Positions 11,811 to 24,613 of a stretch of 64,000 nt of DNA are shown one piece after another. Position numbers and translations under genes: made by a program. The stretch is taken from assembly GCF_021869535.1 (NCBI RefSeq), contig NW_026262581.1, positions 92,504,001 through 92,568,000 on the forward strand, read 5' to 3'. Each line of letters begins with the position of its first letter. Within the stretch, counting starts at the first letter, position 1. Under the pieces are notes generated by a model. That model was not told where the DNA came from and did no database searches. It was given only the letters and a program-made list of their open reading frames with translations. This stretch comes from Mytilus californianus (lineage: Eukaryota).

Positions 11811-14063
11811 GATATTTGATATGCAAATTGAAGTTTAATTTAAAATCAATTGTAACTCCTAGTAGTTTTACCTCATTCTCACATGATATAGAAATACCAT
11901 TCAAATCAAACACAATCTTTTTATCATGTGTGATCCTAAATCATACACGTATCAGGTATCTTCATTCCAGTTTTCAACCAATGCTTAAAGTCTTGTAGTG
12001 ATACATAATGTTCAGAAAGTCCCCTACTAATACCAATTGTACGTTGGGGTACTAAAAATCTGCCCTACATTTACGTTGCAAGCGCATGCAAAACTAAATT
12101 TTGGCTCAAAATTATCAAAATATATTTCTCAATAAAAAAAAGTTGCATTCATAAATTCATTTGCTAGTTCAAGTAAACAATGATATAAAAAGCACTATGT
12201 TTTTGTCAGAGTAGGGCTATTTTTTATGTTCTAAATTGGAGAAGGTGATTTTGTGTTCTGACACCTGTAGCGTACTTTCATTCCGGCTTGTAGAACTTAG
12301 TAAGTTCAACTTACGGTACATTGCACTAGTATATTCCTTCTCCACACTTCTTAATTTATTCCGTCGGAAATGAAACCCTAGGAAAAATACGTCATAGAAG
12401 TTTTACACTAGTGTATTTCATTCAAAGGGAAGAGAACACTGTCGGAAAAGATTCGCCGTTACTTTTACAGCTTAATATGTGTTATGAGAAAGCTGATATT
12501 GTATGACAACAAAACCTACACAATCAGAATAAGGAATGATTCCTGTATTGATATATTCTCTGTACCATATAATATAAGAAAATATGCCTAACTTAATTGG
12601 TGCAATTAAACAATGCCACCGTAGTTTAAACCTAGGTTGCGCTGTCTCATTTTTCCTGCAATATAAACTTTTACGCCTTTTAAGTTTTTTTATTATTTTA
12701 GTTGCAACTTTTGTGTTTTTTAGTTTTTTTTGTTGTTTTTTTTTTTGCTAGCCTTTTGTTATATATATTTATTTATTTTGTGTTTTTGTTGTCCAGTCGC
12801 TTTTTTTGTCACGGGCAAAAATTACTCGTTCAAGTTAAAGAAAATCAATCAGAATAAAGCTGAAAAATCTGTAATTGGCCAAATGCTACCAAGTATTGTA
12901 CATTTTGGACGTTTTTCAGAGCAATGTTTACTGCTCAAAGCATCATAAAAATGGTCGCCGCTACTAAAAAGAAAATTGAAAAAGTATAAATAGTACAATC
13001 AGAAAAATCATGTAAAGGAACACTTGATAACATTAACAGTATCTATTTTTCTGCATCAGATGTGCATTTCGACAATAGATATTGAACTTCTGCTTAATGA
13101 TAAATTTATTGTGTCATTTCTAAATTATACTTCGATTCCAACTACAACTAAAAATGGATGCTAAAATTGTATATACATAATGGATGCTAAAATTGTATAT
13201 ACATGTATATATAAAAAACGGTAAATAAAAATCAATATAAAAAATTTGAAATGTCTAAGAACTACCAACTTTGGCTAGGTGAGATCTTTGAGCAAGTTGA
13301 CCTTGAACGGTGTTTGGCTTTTCAATTTAGGGTTGTTTTTTTCTAACTTAAAAAAAGATTAATTATGGTATCTAGCGTTACTGGTGGAGGTTGTTCCAGA
13401 AACGCGCGTAGTGCGCACGAAAATCTTTATCATACAGTTTTCTTAACAAAGAAGAATCCTTGATGTCTAAATTAGCTTATTTGTAACAGCAAGGTCCTAA
13501 AATAAATAACAAACCTATTGATACATTGCAGGTAAAATAGCAACACTACAGCATTGTTAGGCATGTCTCAAGTCATTTTAGATAAAGTAATGATGGTCAA
13601 GCTGGTTAACAAAACCTTTCAATATAATATTAATTAAGAAACTGTATTCAGTTCCAACAAAAATATTTCTTTATATGTTTGTGATGTGACAAGTCGAGAT
13701 AAAGCTTTTCCTTTACTTTTCATAAAAGATCAATGTTTTGATACCCGTAAAATAAATTTGCTTTTTACCAACAACATTTTGATCCGTTACATAAGTGAAA
13801 AGATACCATGGACATCATTTATTAATAGAATTTAAAAGCGGATTCCACGAAAATTTAGGACAAACAATAAGGAAAAACGTACTTGTCAAGAAAAGTGAGT
13901 GAAAAAAAAAGACTTTTATAACTCCCTGTTATACTTGTTATGGTGTATTCTTCATGATATCTAAGCTATCTACCGAATATTGATACGAATATTTAAATAC
14001 CCACGGATGAAAACATGTTTCTTTATATGTATTTTTATTTTTCTCGTTTCAGTTACCGAAGTG

Positions 14064-15281
14064 ATGCCAGCAGGACCTGTTAAACGTAGAATACTTATTT
14101 GTGGCGGTGGTAATGGAGCACACTGTTTATCTGCTCTCGCAGCTTCTCGTGAGAATTTGGACGTCAATGTTTTAACACTGTTTCAAGACGAGGCTGAGAG
14201 ATGGACAAAACTTTTGGAAGACAATGATTTAAAAATCTCTGTGACTTACAACGATGGCAACGAATCAGAAATTCATTCCAAACCATCGATTATCACAAAA
14301 GATCCTGCAAAAGCCGTGGAAGGAGTTGACATAGTTTTCCTCGTTGTCCCTGCATTCGCTCATGCACAATATTTTACAACTATGACACCTTACCTACAGC
14401 CAAATACGTTAATAGTGGGATTACCAGGTCAGGCAGGATTCGAGTTTCAATGCAGGAGTATGTTGGGCAAAAAGGCAAGTACCTGCACTATTGCGTCGCT
14501 TGAATCCTTACCATGGGCATGCCGAATATTAGAGTTTGGAAAGCATGTACAAATTCTTGGTTTTAAGGAATCACTAGGAATGTCCTTTTTAACTGGTAGC
14601 GAATGTAATCTTTCATTTCCAGTCGTAGAAACAGTTCAGGAAATTCTTGGAGAAAAGCCAAAAATTCAAGTTATTCAAAATTATATAGCAGTTAATTTAA
14701 TGGCAAAATCTATTATTCACCCGCCATTGTTATACGGTAAATGGGGAGACTGGGACGGAACCCCAGTACCCGAAAAACCTTTATTTTATCAAGGTGTTGA
14801 CGACAGGCAGGCAGAACTATTGTCGAAAGTCAGTGACGAAGTACTAGCAACTGCAAAAGAACTTGAGAAATTAAGGAACAGATGTGATATGTCAGAAGTA
14901 ATTCACATCTTTGATTGGTACAAAATTTATTATAAAGATCAGGTTTCGGACAAAAGTTCTTTAATGATGGCAATGCGAACAAATAAAGCATATGATGGAC
15001 TTGTACACCCAATGACTTCTACTGAGGATGGGAAATTTGTTCCCGATTTTACTTACCGTTATACATCAGAAGATGTACCATTTGGTCTTGTAGTAATGAA
15101 GGGGATTGCTGAAATTGCAGGAGTTGAAACACCAACAATTGACACAATCATTGCATGGGCACAGAAAAAGCTTGACAAAGAATACATTGTTGGTTCGGAA
15201 CTTACTGGGAAAGATATCGCTTCTGCAAGAGCTCCTCAATCCTATGGCTTGCATACTATAGATGAACTTTTTAACATGTAA
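14064..15281 (+). CDS. odh: Opine dehydrogenase paralogue 1 (octopine/tauropine/strombine family), 405 aa, single coding exon
   Basis: CGGGNGAH Rossmann motif, VPAFAH, LPGQAGFEFQ, ESLPWACR, MAKSIIHPP (catalytic His), PLFYQG, DWYKIYY, YRYTSEDVP (Arg/Asp). Acceptor TTTCAG ends at 14052, so the likely start is ATG 14064 rather than the ORF-track start at 13980. Amino-acid substrate not determined. Confidence 0.95.
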   Translation: MPAGPVKRRILICGGGNGAHCLSALAASRENLDVNVLTLFQDEAERWTKLLEDNDLKISVTYNDGNESEIHSKPSIITKDPAKAVEGVDIVFLVVPAFAHAQYFTTMTPYLQPNTLIVGLPGQAGFEFQCRSMLGKKASTCTIASLESLPWACRILEFGKHVQILGFKESLGMSFLTGSECNLSFPVVETVQEILGEKPKIQVIQNYIAVNLMAKSIIHPPLLYGKWGDWDGTPVPEKPLFYQGVDDRQAELLSKVSDEVLATAKELEKLRNRCDMSEVIHIFDWYKIYYKDQVSDKSSLMMAMRTNKAYDGLVHPMTSTEDGKFVPDFTYRYTSEDVPFGLVVMKGIAEIAGVETPTIDTIIAWAQKKLDKEYIVGSELTGKDIASARAPQSYGLHTIDELFNM

Positions 15282-15427
15282 TGTTGTTAAAATTAATTCC
15301 TTTTTCAGGATATGTTTGAGCTCAGGAAAATGCTTTCTCTATGTCTATTTAAAGGCAAATGCCTAAATAAAATTTCTTAAGTTATTTTCATATTTGTATG
15401 GAATCCTATCACAATCAAAGTCTTCCA

Positions 15428-15687
15428 TGGGCCTTGGTGTCCGAGTCGTCTAAGTAGTTCAACTATGGTATCACTAGCCTGTAAAACACTGAGGCTTTGA
15501 TTTCGAACTCCGCACGCGGCAGGTTTGTTAGACCCCAATCTTAATTGACGAAGATGGTCAGATTTCTTGCCGAAGGTCGGTGGTTCTCTCTGGGCAATCC
15601 GGCTTCCTCCACCAATAAAAACTGACCGCCAAGATATAGCCAACAGTGCTGAAAGTTGCGTTAAACACCAACTATCAATCACAATCT
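15428..15687 (+). mobile_element. Full-length tRNA-derived V-SINE (RUDI/BivaV-like)
   Basis: Degenerate A box (TGGTGTCCGAGTCG) and B box (GATTTCGAACTC), V-domain GGTCGGTGGTTCTCTCTGGGCAATCCGGCTTCCTCCACCAA, (CAAT)n tail, and a 14-bp TSD ATCAAAGTCTTCCA at 15414-15427 and 15688-15701. Confidence 0.85.
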
Positions 15688-18600
15688 ATCAAAGTCTTCC
15701 AGAACTACTATAGATCCATAATCGAAACCCTTGTTCAATGGAGCATCATCCGAAATAGTAAGTTAATAGGTTTTCAATCAGAAATGCCTGTAAATAAAAC
15801 AAAAAAAGCATAAACGATATTTACAAAAGCGATAGAAATTTAAAATTTACTGTACTATTGAGAAGTTTATAAGAACAAAATATCTGATAAAAAATTAATA
15901 AATATTAAAAAAAAAAAGACTCCTGACATGTTATCGCCTTTTGTCATGTTAAAAGTGATTGGTCGTTACTCGAATTGCACCAAAAACATACCTCTACACA
16001 ACAAATAATAGAATTACACTGTTAACTTCTTAGAGAGTGAGCTTAAACATTATTCTCTCCGCGTAAATAACATCATCAGAAAGACGACAAGCTAACAAAA
16101 CCTTGATTAACCAGTGTGTTGTGAAGATATTAAAATCAATACCAACATACATGACTTTAAGAAACCTGTTAGGACTGCATTTTCTGATTTCAACTGTAAA
16201 ACTCGTTTAACCCCTACACGTGTTGTGCCTGTACCGAATCATGGACCATGTGTTGTTCGTTCTTGTGTGTGTCTTTGTTTGTATGTCTGGGTTTGGGTTT
16301 TTTTAGGAATTTTGTGTTGGTGGTTGATGTTGTCTGTTGTATTGTTCAGTATTTTCGGCGATTTATTTTATCCTTTTTTATGTATTGTAGCATATCAGCG
16401 ACAACCTCTTGCATATTGTATGTGCTATATGTTATAGGGTTATATAAGATATACCCAAGAAGAGCTTGCATCATGATGTTCATGTTAAAAATAACCCAAA
16501 ATATCTAATCTTTGTTAGAATTGGTTGCCTCGTATAGTAAGAGTTCCACGATTTCCGCACGTTCAAGAACTCTTGCAACAACTTTTTGATGGCTTGTAGC
16601 AAGGCAAAATGTCTGTGTCTTTTTTAATTGGAAGTTAGATTGTCCGCAATACATACCGGTCGATTAATTGTTAATTCGTTTTCGTCCTCAACATGCATGT
16701 AATATTTGCCGTTGGAAACGATCACGTAACAGTCAATAAAGAAATGGCAAACTGTTAAAAATATCAATATATGTGCCACAAATGACCATGGATGGGTTCC
16801 AATTAACGTAAACAAATCGCGCTACTAAAACAAATGAAAACTTGAGGGTTTATATGAGTAAAAAGGACCTAAATAGAATAGATAAATCCAGCTGAGGTCA
16901 ACTTTGCCTTTTTTAAGCTTCTTAAAATATTATTCGGAAAATTATTGGTCTTTTAGAAATATTTTGATCGAGAGATTGCTTTTAAATAAAATGTGTACAA
17001 GAAAACTACGCATGCCTTTTTCCAAAGCTCATATTAAACATCGGGTTACATTTAGAGTAAATTTTCTGTATTGTCAGATATGCAAAATTAAAAGAGGGAG
17101 TGTCGACACGTTAATCAAAACAGCATATTTCGACCAATTTGTATATTCGTTTTGCTTCTTCCAATCATATTTGTTTCTTAATATTAAGCACACGCACATA
17201 ATTTTACAAACGCGCAGATCAAGTATAATATGTGATGATCTGTGTCAAGATGACGCATATTGCAGATATAAAGCGCTATATTGTTTCCGCTTGAAGTCGG
17301 TAGCTTTGACAGCGGTATCAGTCGTACATCTTTTCCCAAAATACTGTAATCCCGTCACATGTTGATGAGCCTGTCTAAAGCCAAGAGTCTCGTCAGTGGT
17401 TGCCTTTTGTTAAATCATATTGTATTCAGCGCAACAGGACATCAAGCAACCAACAATTTACAAATCAAAGTTCTGAGTTAGAAAATTATTTAGTTTTTCA
17501 ACGCTATCACCCAAATATTTTTTTTCGAAATTAGCACTATTATATACGGTATTCGGAAAATCAGGAATCAGAACATAATTTTGTCATCTGCTTGATCACA
17601 ATATATTTTTTCTCATAAAATTGGGGATCAGAAATTTTTTTTAGGAAAAAACAATAACCCCCCTTTTGAAGTTAAATGGTCAATCCCTTAGTGTACTGAT
17701 ATGAATAGTAATACACGGGAATTGTTTGAAAAATATATATAGTTATTGATGCCAACGTAAATATTTTAATAAAAAAGACAGGAAATATGTCGGTGGAACA
17801 AAAAGTTCAAATCCAATTAAAATTTAAAGTGCCCTATAGCTCTGCTGGGGGCAAAGTCGTACAACCTTTAAAAGGTAGACATCTAGATTAGAGTTATCAT
17901 TTGTCTTGTTTCTGTTACGTAAAATGTTCAAAGAGAAGTAACTCAAACAGACACCTGTATATTCTTATTGCAGTTTTACAAAAAGACACACTTGAAAGTT
18001 TCGGGGAATCTGACAGATGATTACATAACAAATACGATCACCATTAAAAGTTATTTTTAAGTGATGATTAGGGGGCAATATTCGTTTATCTTATTTTTAG
18101 ATACATATGTAGAATTGTCTTATTATCAAAAGTTAAGAATCTGGCATTCAAAATAATCTTTCTGAATTACAGAAAAAGTCCAATTTGAAGGATAATGAAG
18201 TTAAAACGAAATAGCACATAATTATTTTGCAAACTGTCACTGATGAAAACCGTTGATAAGTCAATAAACATTGATATCTGACAAACAATGTTCACAACCT
18301 TGGTGTCCGAAAGGAACAGCTAGTCTGATATCTGATATATCGACACTTTGGCTGCTTGGTCATAGAAACAGGAGTTATACTGATTACTGTAAAGTGGTTT
18401 ATTTTCGCGGTGTATATATTTCAGTTCGCCGGGTTAAATTTTCGGCGTTTTCTTGTCCCGGGTTCGGGTCTATCAGTATCTCACTTTCTGCACAAGCAAG
18501 AAATTACACGCGGTATCGTGCTTAGTATACCCCACCACGTAATTCGACGTATCGGAAAACTGATAGTGGCTGTCTGACAGATCCTAGATCTAGTAGAAGC

Positions 18601-19964
18601 GCTCAAACGTCAAGCTGCAGACCAATATATGACGTCATTCATTCTGTTAAGCAATACATGAGAAAAGTGGAACAACAATATGTGTTTTCATTAAAAATAT
18701 TGAAAACCAAAGTATCGGCAAACATGAAGTAGATGTCTGACATTTTGCTTCTTGGTGTGACTAGCTGATGATTTACGACTTTACATACAGAAAAACACAA
18801 TACCTGACTAATTTAGTCATGGCAAATGACGAATCAAAGCAGCAATTAATAAAGAGGCGGAAGATACCAAGGGGATATGTCAAAAAAAACGAAAGACGAC
18901 AAAAAGACAAACAGATACACACACACACATAATTTTATTAACCATTACCCCATGAAGGGCAGATTAATTAAAATGTAATTATTCATAACATAATAAACAA
19001 ACTAAACAATAATGGTTTATTAGAGTAATAATTGTATTGATTGTATGAAATAAAAACACTTTTAACTCAATCTGAAAAAATAGAGAAAGAAAAATAATGT
19101 CAACATTTATGTATAATATATTTCTTTCTTTTATATTGAGGATATCCAGCTAGATTTGGACAAAGAGAGACAACTCCATTCTTCTTATATTTCATATGTG
19201 GGTTTTAGTTCACATATGATATTTGATACAACTTTTAAAACATAACTTTCTTAATTCATTAGTCATTAACCATAAAAATTTATTCTCTATTATATATATA
19301 TTATACACGAAAGGATAATGACCTGATACAACAGTTCTTATTCAATTTAAGTTCAGCAGATCTGACAATACAAAATTAGAGATGTACTGGTCATTATATT
19401 AGAATACTGAATGGAACTTCTGCGTGTCGAAGCGTTTACTTGTGATAAATGCAACAAAAAATAAAACGAAGGTATGATTCAGTCCACTTTGTTTGCCCCC
19501 TAAAATGAGAAAATCAAAAAGTATAATAAATATACCAAATAACACCCCTCTGATGTTCCATAAAGTAAATCTGACACATATTGATATTTTTATCCTTATA
19601 TACTTGCTTTAGGACTTCAAACATCTTGCTTTTTTATGCAAAACCGCCAAAATGACCTCATTTTGAGAGCTAGTCCTTCATATTTGAATATGAGCTTAGA
19701 CTTTTCCCAAAAAGATGTCTTATACAAAGATGTTAATGTTATTTGGGGTAAGGTCTTGGATCATACTTAATTTTGCCAAAAAACTACACGTAGAATAGTC
19801 ATTTTAAGTCAAAAAAGTAAATTTCTACATGTTTATAACGCCACAGTGGCATCAAAACTGACATTTTTGTACAATAGTGTAAAGATTTTAATAGGCCTTT
19901 TCCTTTATCAATGAACTAACCTAATTTTGAAAGGATGTAGGATTTTACTATTTTTGTTATTTAA

Positions 19965-20630
19965 AGGGGCATTAGCAACGGGATATAAAAAAAATTGAAA
20001 TATGATTTTTTTTTTTTTGTTCAATCATTAATGAAAATGAAATAGTGAAATAATAGCAGCCAATTTGGTTCAATTTTGTCAAAAAAAGCTAAGAAACATC
20101 GGAGATGAATTATTCACTTGCATAATTTGAATAATTCGACCTCATTGAATCCGTATTCATGTGACCTTCAATTTAACCTCTTAGCTGGAGATGGGTAACG
20201 CATGGATTCAGCTATTAAAAGGAAAAGAATGTCAACATTGAAAGTCAGTGAAACAAGGATGAACCATTTGGTTGACTGATTCGATCCACAAAAATTCATT
20301 CTTATATAGGTAAAAACGATGATAAACATACTTTTTAACCTCCAATATGAAATCAAACAGACCCAGAAAAATCCAATTGCACGTGGCCGCTATTTAATTA
20401 TTATATTTATGTTTATATCGGGTTATATGACCGTCGGCAGTCTTCGGAGGTCATCTCGATGGTCAATTAGATGACGTCTAGACAAAAATACACACGAAAT
20501 GTTGATACATATTATCGAGTCCATGCATTGTTAATTGTTTATTTTCGACTTTTTGTAATTTGGATGTTATAAATCAAATATGAGAATTTGAGTCAAATCG
20601 GTGAACATGAATTTGACAGCTAATGCCCCT
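19965..20630. mobile_element. Kolobok-type MITE
   Basis: TIR AGGGGCATTAGC/GCTAATGCCCCT with TTAA on both sides (19961-19964 and 20631-20634). Confidence 0.8.
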
Positions 20631-23594
20631 TTAAGGGCCAAATATTGGCTCTTAGCATACTTCGTCTACTAAAAGTCCAAAAATATATCATATCTGAAAG
20701 CAATGTTATTATCCGCGCAACTATGTCCTCAGTTTATGACCAAGTCTGGAAAAAGAACCCTCAAAGGTTTTTAAAGCAAAGTGCTAGTTTTTAATATAAA
20801 AGCTTTGTATTACATGAACCTTGCATTTTTTAGAAAGTAGTCTGTCTTTCATTATGTTCTTCGTTGGATAAGCGTGATTCACACTCGGGGCAATACTTGT
20901 TGTAGACAGTTTACAACTTCCGTTATCACAAATATTTTTATGTAAACACAGTTGTCACTATAAACATTGCAAACTGTCTCTCCATCTTCCTTTATGCACG
21001 AATTCCTTTTTTTTTCTCATTTGGGAAAATGTAATGCATACTATTTACTCGTTTGCGATTTTTTTTTTTTTTTGTCTTTAATACTTGTAAGAACACAAAT
21101 ATTAGTAATCAAGAGGTTGTTCTCATCATTGGAAGAACAAAGCTTGTCAATGTGAGTTAGGGGACAACCTTTTGACTTTCGGGTGGGGGAAGGGGGAGGG
21201 GCAGGAGGATTTTGAAAATGAATATTCTGGCCTGGTAAGAGCTTAATAATAATAACTTTGCCCAAGACAGGATGAAAATGAGTATTCTGCAACACCAACC
21301 GTTCCTTTATTTCTTGTATTTCTATAATAGCTGTACGTATCTATTATAATAGGCAAAAGAACAGCAATAAAAGAATTGATATAACTTTTTTTTTGTACAG
21401 TGTATGTAAAATGACCTTCCAGAACTGAAAGAATTATTCCTTTTTTGGATTTGGGAAAGAAGAAAAGCTGTTGGGTGTTATAAAAGTTTCGGAATAACTC
21501 CAGTTCGAGTAAAAATGAGTCACGGATCAACTCAAAGTAGTCCCATAACATATGACCTTGGGAGCATTTATTTTCTATTTCTATTTATTTTTGATTTATT
21601 CTTTTTACTTATTTTGCTTCTTTTTTTTTTATTATTTACTATTTTTTTATTATCAATGTGCCTTCAAAAAAATGAAAATATCAGTATAAAAACGTTAAAA
21701 ACTGAATAAGAATGTGAAGTCATATGCTTTAGGACTACAACTCAAAGGTGATAAAGAGGAATTAAGCTATTATAATGTCAACATCGCATTTTATACATGT
21801 TCGTTTATCATAAAGAGCCAGCGTAGTCGTCTGCAACTGATTGATAAATCCTCCCCAGTATCGATTGTGACTTTGACATTGCTATAAGGACGGTTGAAGG
21901 TTGAAGCAATCAGTAAGGTTTCCTAAGGTAAGTTGATGATCTTTATATTAATCTAATTTAACGTACCCGTCATACAAATATTAGATACACCTTGAGGTCG
22001 TTTTCCCGAATGGATGTATCTAACTTACACCAAGATATTATTGTCAATGTAGAATGATAGTTATCAAAGTTAGGAGAGGGTCTTTCAGCGGTCCAGATTT
22101 GATCATATGTTATTGAAAGACATGACAAATGTAGGGTATCAAATTTCATTTAACGACATCTTGGTGTAAATATACACATAGTTGAAAATCTTGTATGTGT
22201 TATAATAGATTCACACATAGTTTGTGAATATTGGTAACAATGATAAATAACTGTTTACTGCTACAAAATCGAGGCATATGTTGTTCTCACGTGTGTATGT
22301 CGGCACGTAATCTGTACAAAATATTATTTTCAGAACTTTACAAACCAAATACTATATTTTGTCAGTACGTTGTCTTGTGTATATAAGATATTAGTGTAAA
22401 CAAAGGCCCGATAAAAAAGGTACTCGTGATTAAGGTTTACACACGGGAAGAAATTTGAGGTCTGCCATTATACTCAAGGTAAACAAAAATTCCACAATAA
22501 AAAAAAGAGGAAATCCTTCATACCTAACCTTTTTCTTAAGGAAGAAACCAAACCCACACATATATATATATATGTGTATGTGTTTTTATTTGGCCTAATC
22601 ACATTACTATTTGTGTAACGAGATAAACTTTCCCCATTCAGTACTTTCTTATCAGTGCGATTTAAGGGTAGTTTTCGGGTCCTTTAAGTAAAACTGGGTC
22701 AAAACTTTTTTTATCCTGTGACATATGCTACATGGGCGCTACACCTTAAGTCGACGAGTCCCGTATCAATAAAAGTGCCCTTTGTAATTGACTTTAGACC
22801 TCAAGGTCTAATAATTATCTTTGATTAGTTTTTTTTAATTTTGTTTGTCCTACCTAAAACCGCATTCTTGCTTTCCACGGATAAAATTTTCAATGCACAA
22901 GCATAATTCCCGAGGGGGGGGGGGGGGGGGGGGGGGAGGGTAATGCACCGGCTCCTCATATTATGAATTGCTAAATATCGCAAAAATGATTAAGATACCC
23001 ACTCAAAACCATATTTTTTCCTAGTTACCATGATAAGATCGTTCTAGTGTGTCATATGCTTTGTCCCCGGAGAATATGTTCTGCATCTTTCATATCATTT
23101 ATAATAATAATTTTGAATCTTATTCCTGTCCCCTCCCTCAACCAAATATATATTATTCATGACAAAACCTTTACATTGCACCATAGGTTTTGACCTTAGC
23201 TGTCTGCCCCTAATATCGTTATTTTTTTATATAAATATAAACATGTACACAACTGGTTCCGATAATCACCTTAAACAATCATATATTTTGAATTGCAACG
23301 ATATGACCTTTCAAGTGCACCAGTCGTTTTGTTCCTGGGGGTTATGCCACGCCCCTCTTATATCTTAGATAGTTTGAATTACTATACCACTGTTCAAAGT
23401 TCCACACATAAACCATGTATATTCGAAATTGCATTACCAAGGTCTTTCTAGTGGACTTATTTACCGAGAAAGAAAAAATCTTCCCATAGGCGTAATAGAC
23501 AAAGATCAAATAATGTAAATGGATTTGTTTGTCCGAATATAAACTAGCAAACAGGAATGAATATACTGGACGTTATTGATAATTTCGAATTTCA

Positions 23595-23720
23595 TTTTTG
23601 TCTCGCCTCGACGTGGTCACGAAGGCCACTGCATGCTGTTTCCAGCTGCGGCGGCGGCCTCGTCAACAATGTAATATTTTGTGATTAGGTCAGTTAAAGC
23701 GGAGCCTCTAGTGGTATATC
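23595..23720 (+). mobile_element. Short HINE-like remnant
   Basis: TTTTTGTCTCGCCT start, (GGC)n tract and GGAGCCTCTAGT end resemble HINE termini. Confidence 0.4.
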
Positions 23721-23984
23721 AATGGTATTTGGTATACATTTGTATTACAATTTAGCATGTGCTCATCTCGTTTCCATGGAGATTATTTAGCCCCGCCCCA
23801 CAGTCATGGTCTGTTGACTTTTTTTTTGTACAGTTTAAAGGGAACCTCTAATGTTTGGTATGCAGTTGTGTTAGCATTTGCCTTCTCATATATCCATGGA
23901 GATTTCCTTGACTTTGAAACTTTTGCATTACAAGTAGTTGACATGTCAATGTTAAGATCTAAAAGTGTCTCAGTACAATGTGCT

Positions 23985-24203
23985 TAGGATTGTGTTTAGA
24001 ATCGTGTTTAGCTTAGAAATAAGTGTTTAATTTCTAAACACTTTCATTTTCAAACACATTAAAAGTGTTTAAATTCAAGACATGTTTAGATATTATGTGC
24101 TTAATAAGAAATGTGTTTAGAAATTAAACACAATCCTAAACACGTTTAGATCTAAACATGTAATACAAGTGTTTAATTTCTAAGCACGACTTTTACAGCG
24201 TAG
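23985..24203. repeat. Array of TGTTTAG/CTAAACA motifs in both orientations; probable MITE end
   Basis: More than 10 GTGTTTA/TAAACAC motifs in about 220 bp, ending in TTTTACAGCGT. Confidence 0.55.
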
Positions 24204-24613
24204 GTCCGTTCAAAATGAACCACTCGTGGCCAGTCAATGATACATAATTTTATCTATGTCTCAACAGTTTATCTAAATGATCTGAATAGAAATATCGGAT
24301 GTATGCTTAATACATATAAAAGTAGATTTATTAACAAGTAGTTTTAGGCTTGTAAAAAGATGTTAGCTTTTATGCATCGTTAAACGCCATAGAAAACGAG
24401 ATATATAAAAAGTTATGAAACATATTAAATACGACAAAAAATTGCACAAATAACAAAATCGTCCACGAAGGAAAACAATATCAACAACATTTTGTTAGAT
24501 AGCATCCTTTAGTTCTTTAGTTCAGCCATAACATATAGTAAAAACAGTTGATTAAATAAATGTTCACTAAGCATTCCTTTTTTATTTTTCTAGGTTCTTC
24601 AGCATTATACAAC

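Noticed and set aside
13980-14063. ORF-track N-terminal extension of opine dehydrogenase 1
   Set aside because: It overlaps a polypyrimidine tract and AG acceptor, and homology starts at MPAGPVKRRIL. Treated as intron; kept only as a low-interest finding.
16904-17365. 153-aa ORF and the other short AT-rich ORFs in the track
   Set aside because: Low-complexity F/L/I/K composition, often non-ATG starts, no motifs and no exon signals; consistent with chance ORFs.
21850-22180. Possible further PLE RT relic
   Set aside because: The similarity is too weak to support by eye.
22914-22940. Poly-G run (and poly-C runs at about 44088 and 63647) as functional G-quadruplexes
   Set aside because: Simple homopolymers, mostly inside MITE-like elements, with no supporting context.
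24560-24613. ORF-track N-terminal extension of opine dehydrogenase 2
   Set aside because: It crosses the TTTTTTTATTTTTCTAG acceptor. The ATG at 24614 lines up with the other paralogues.
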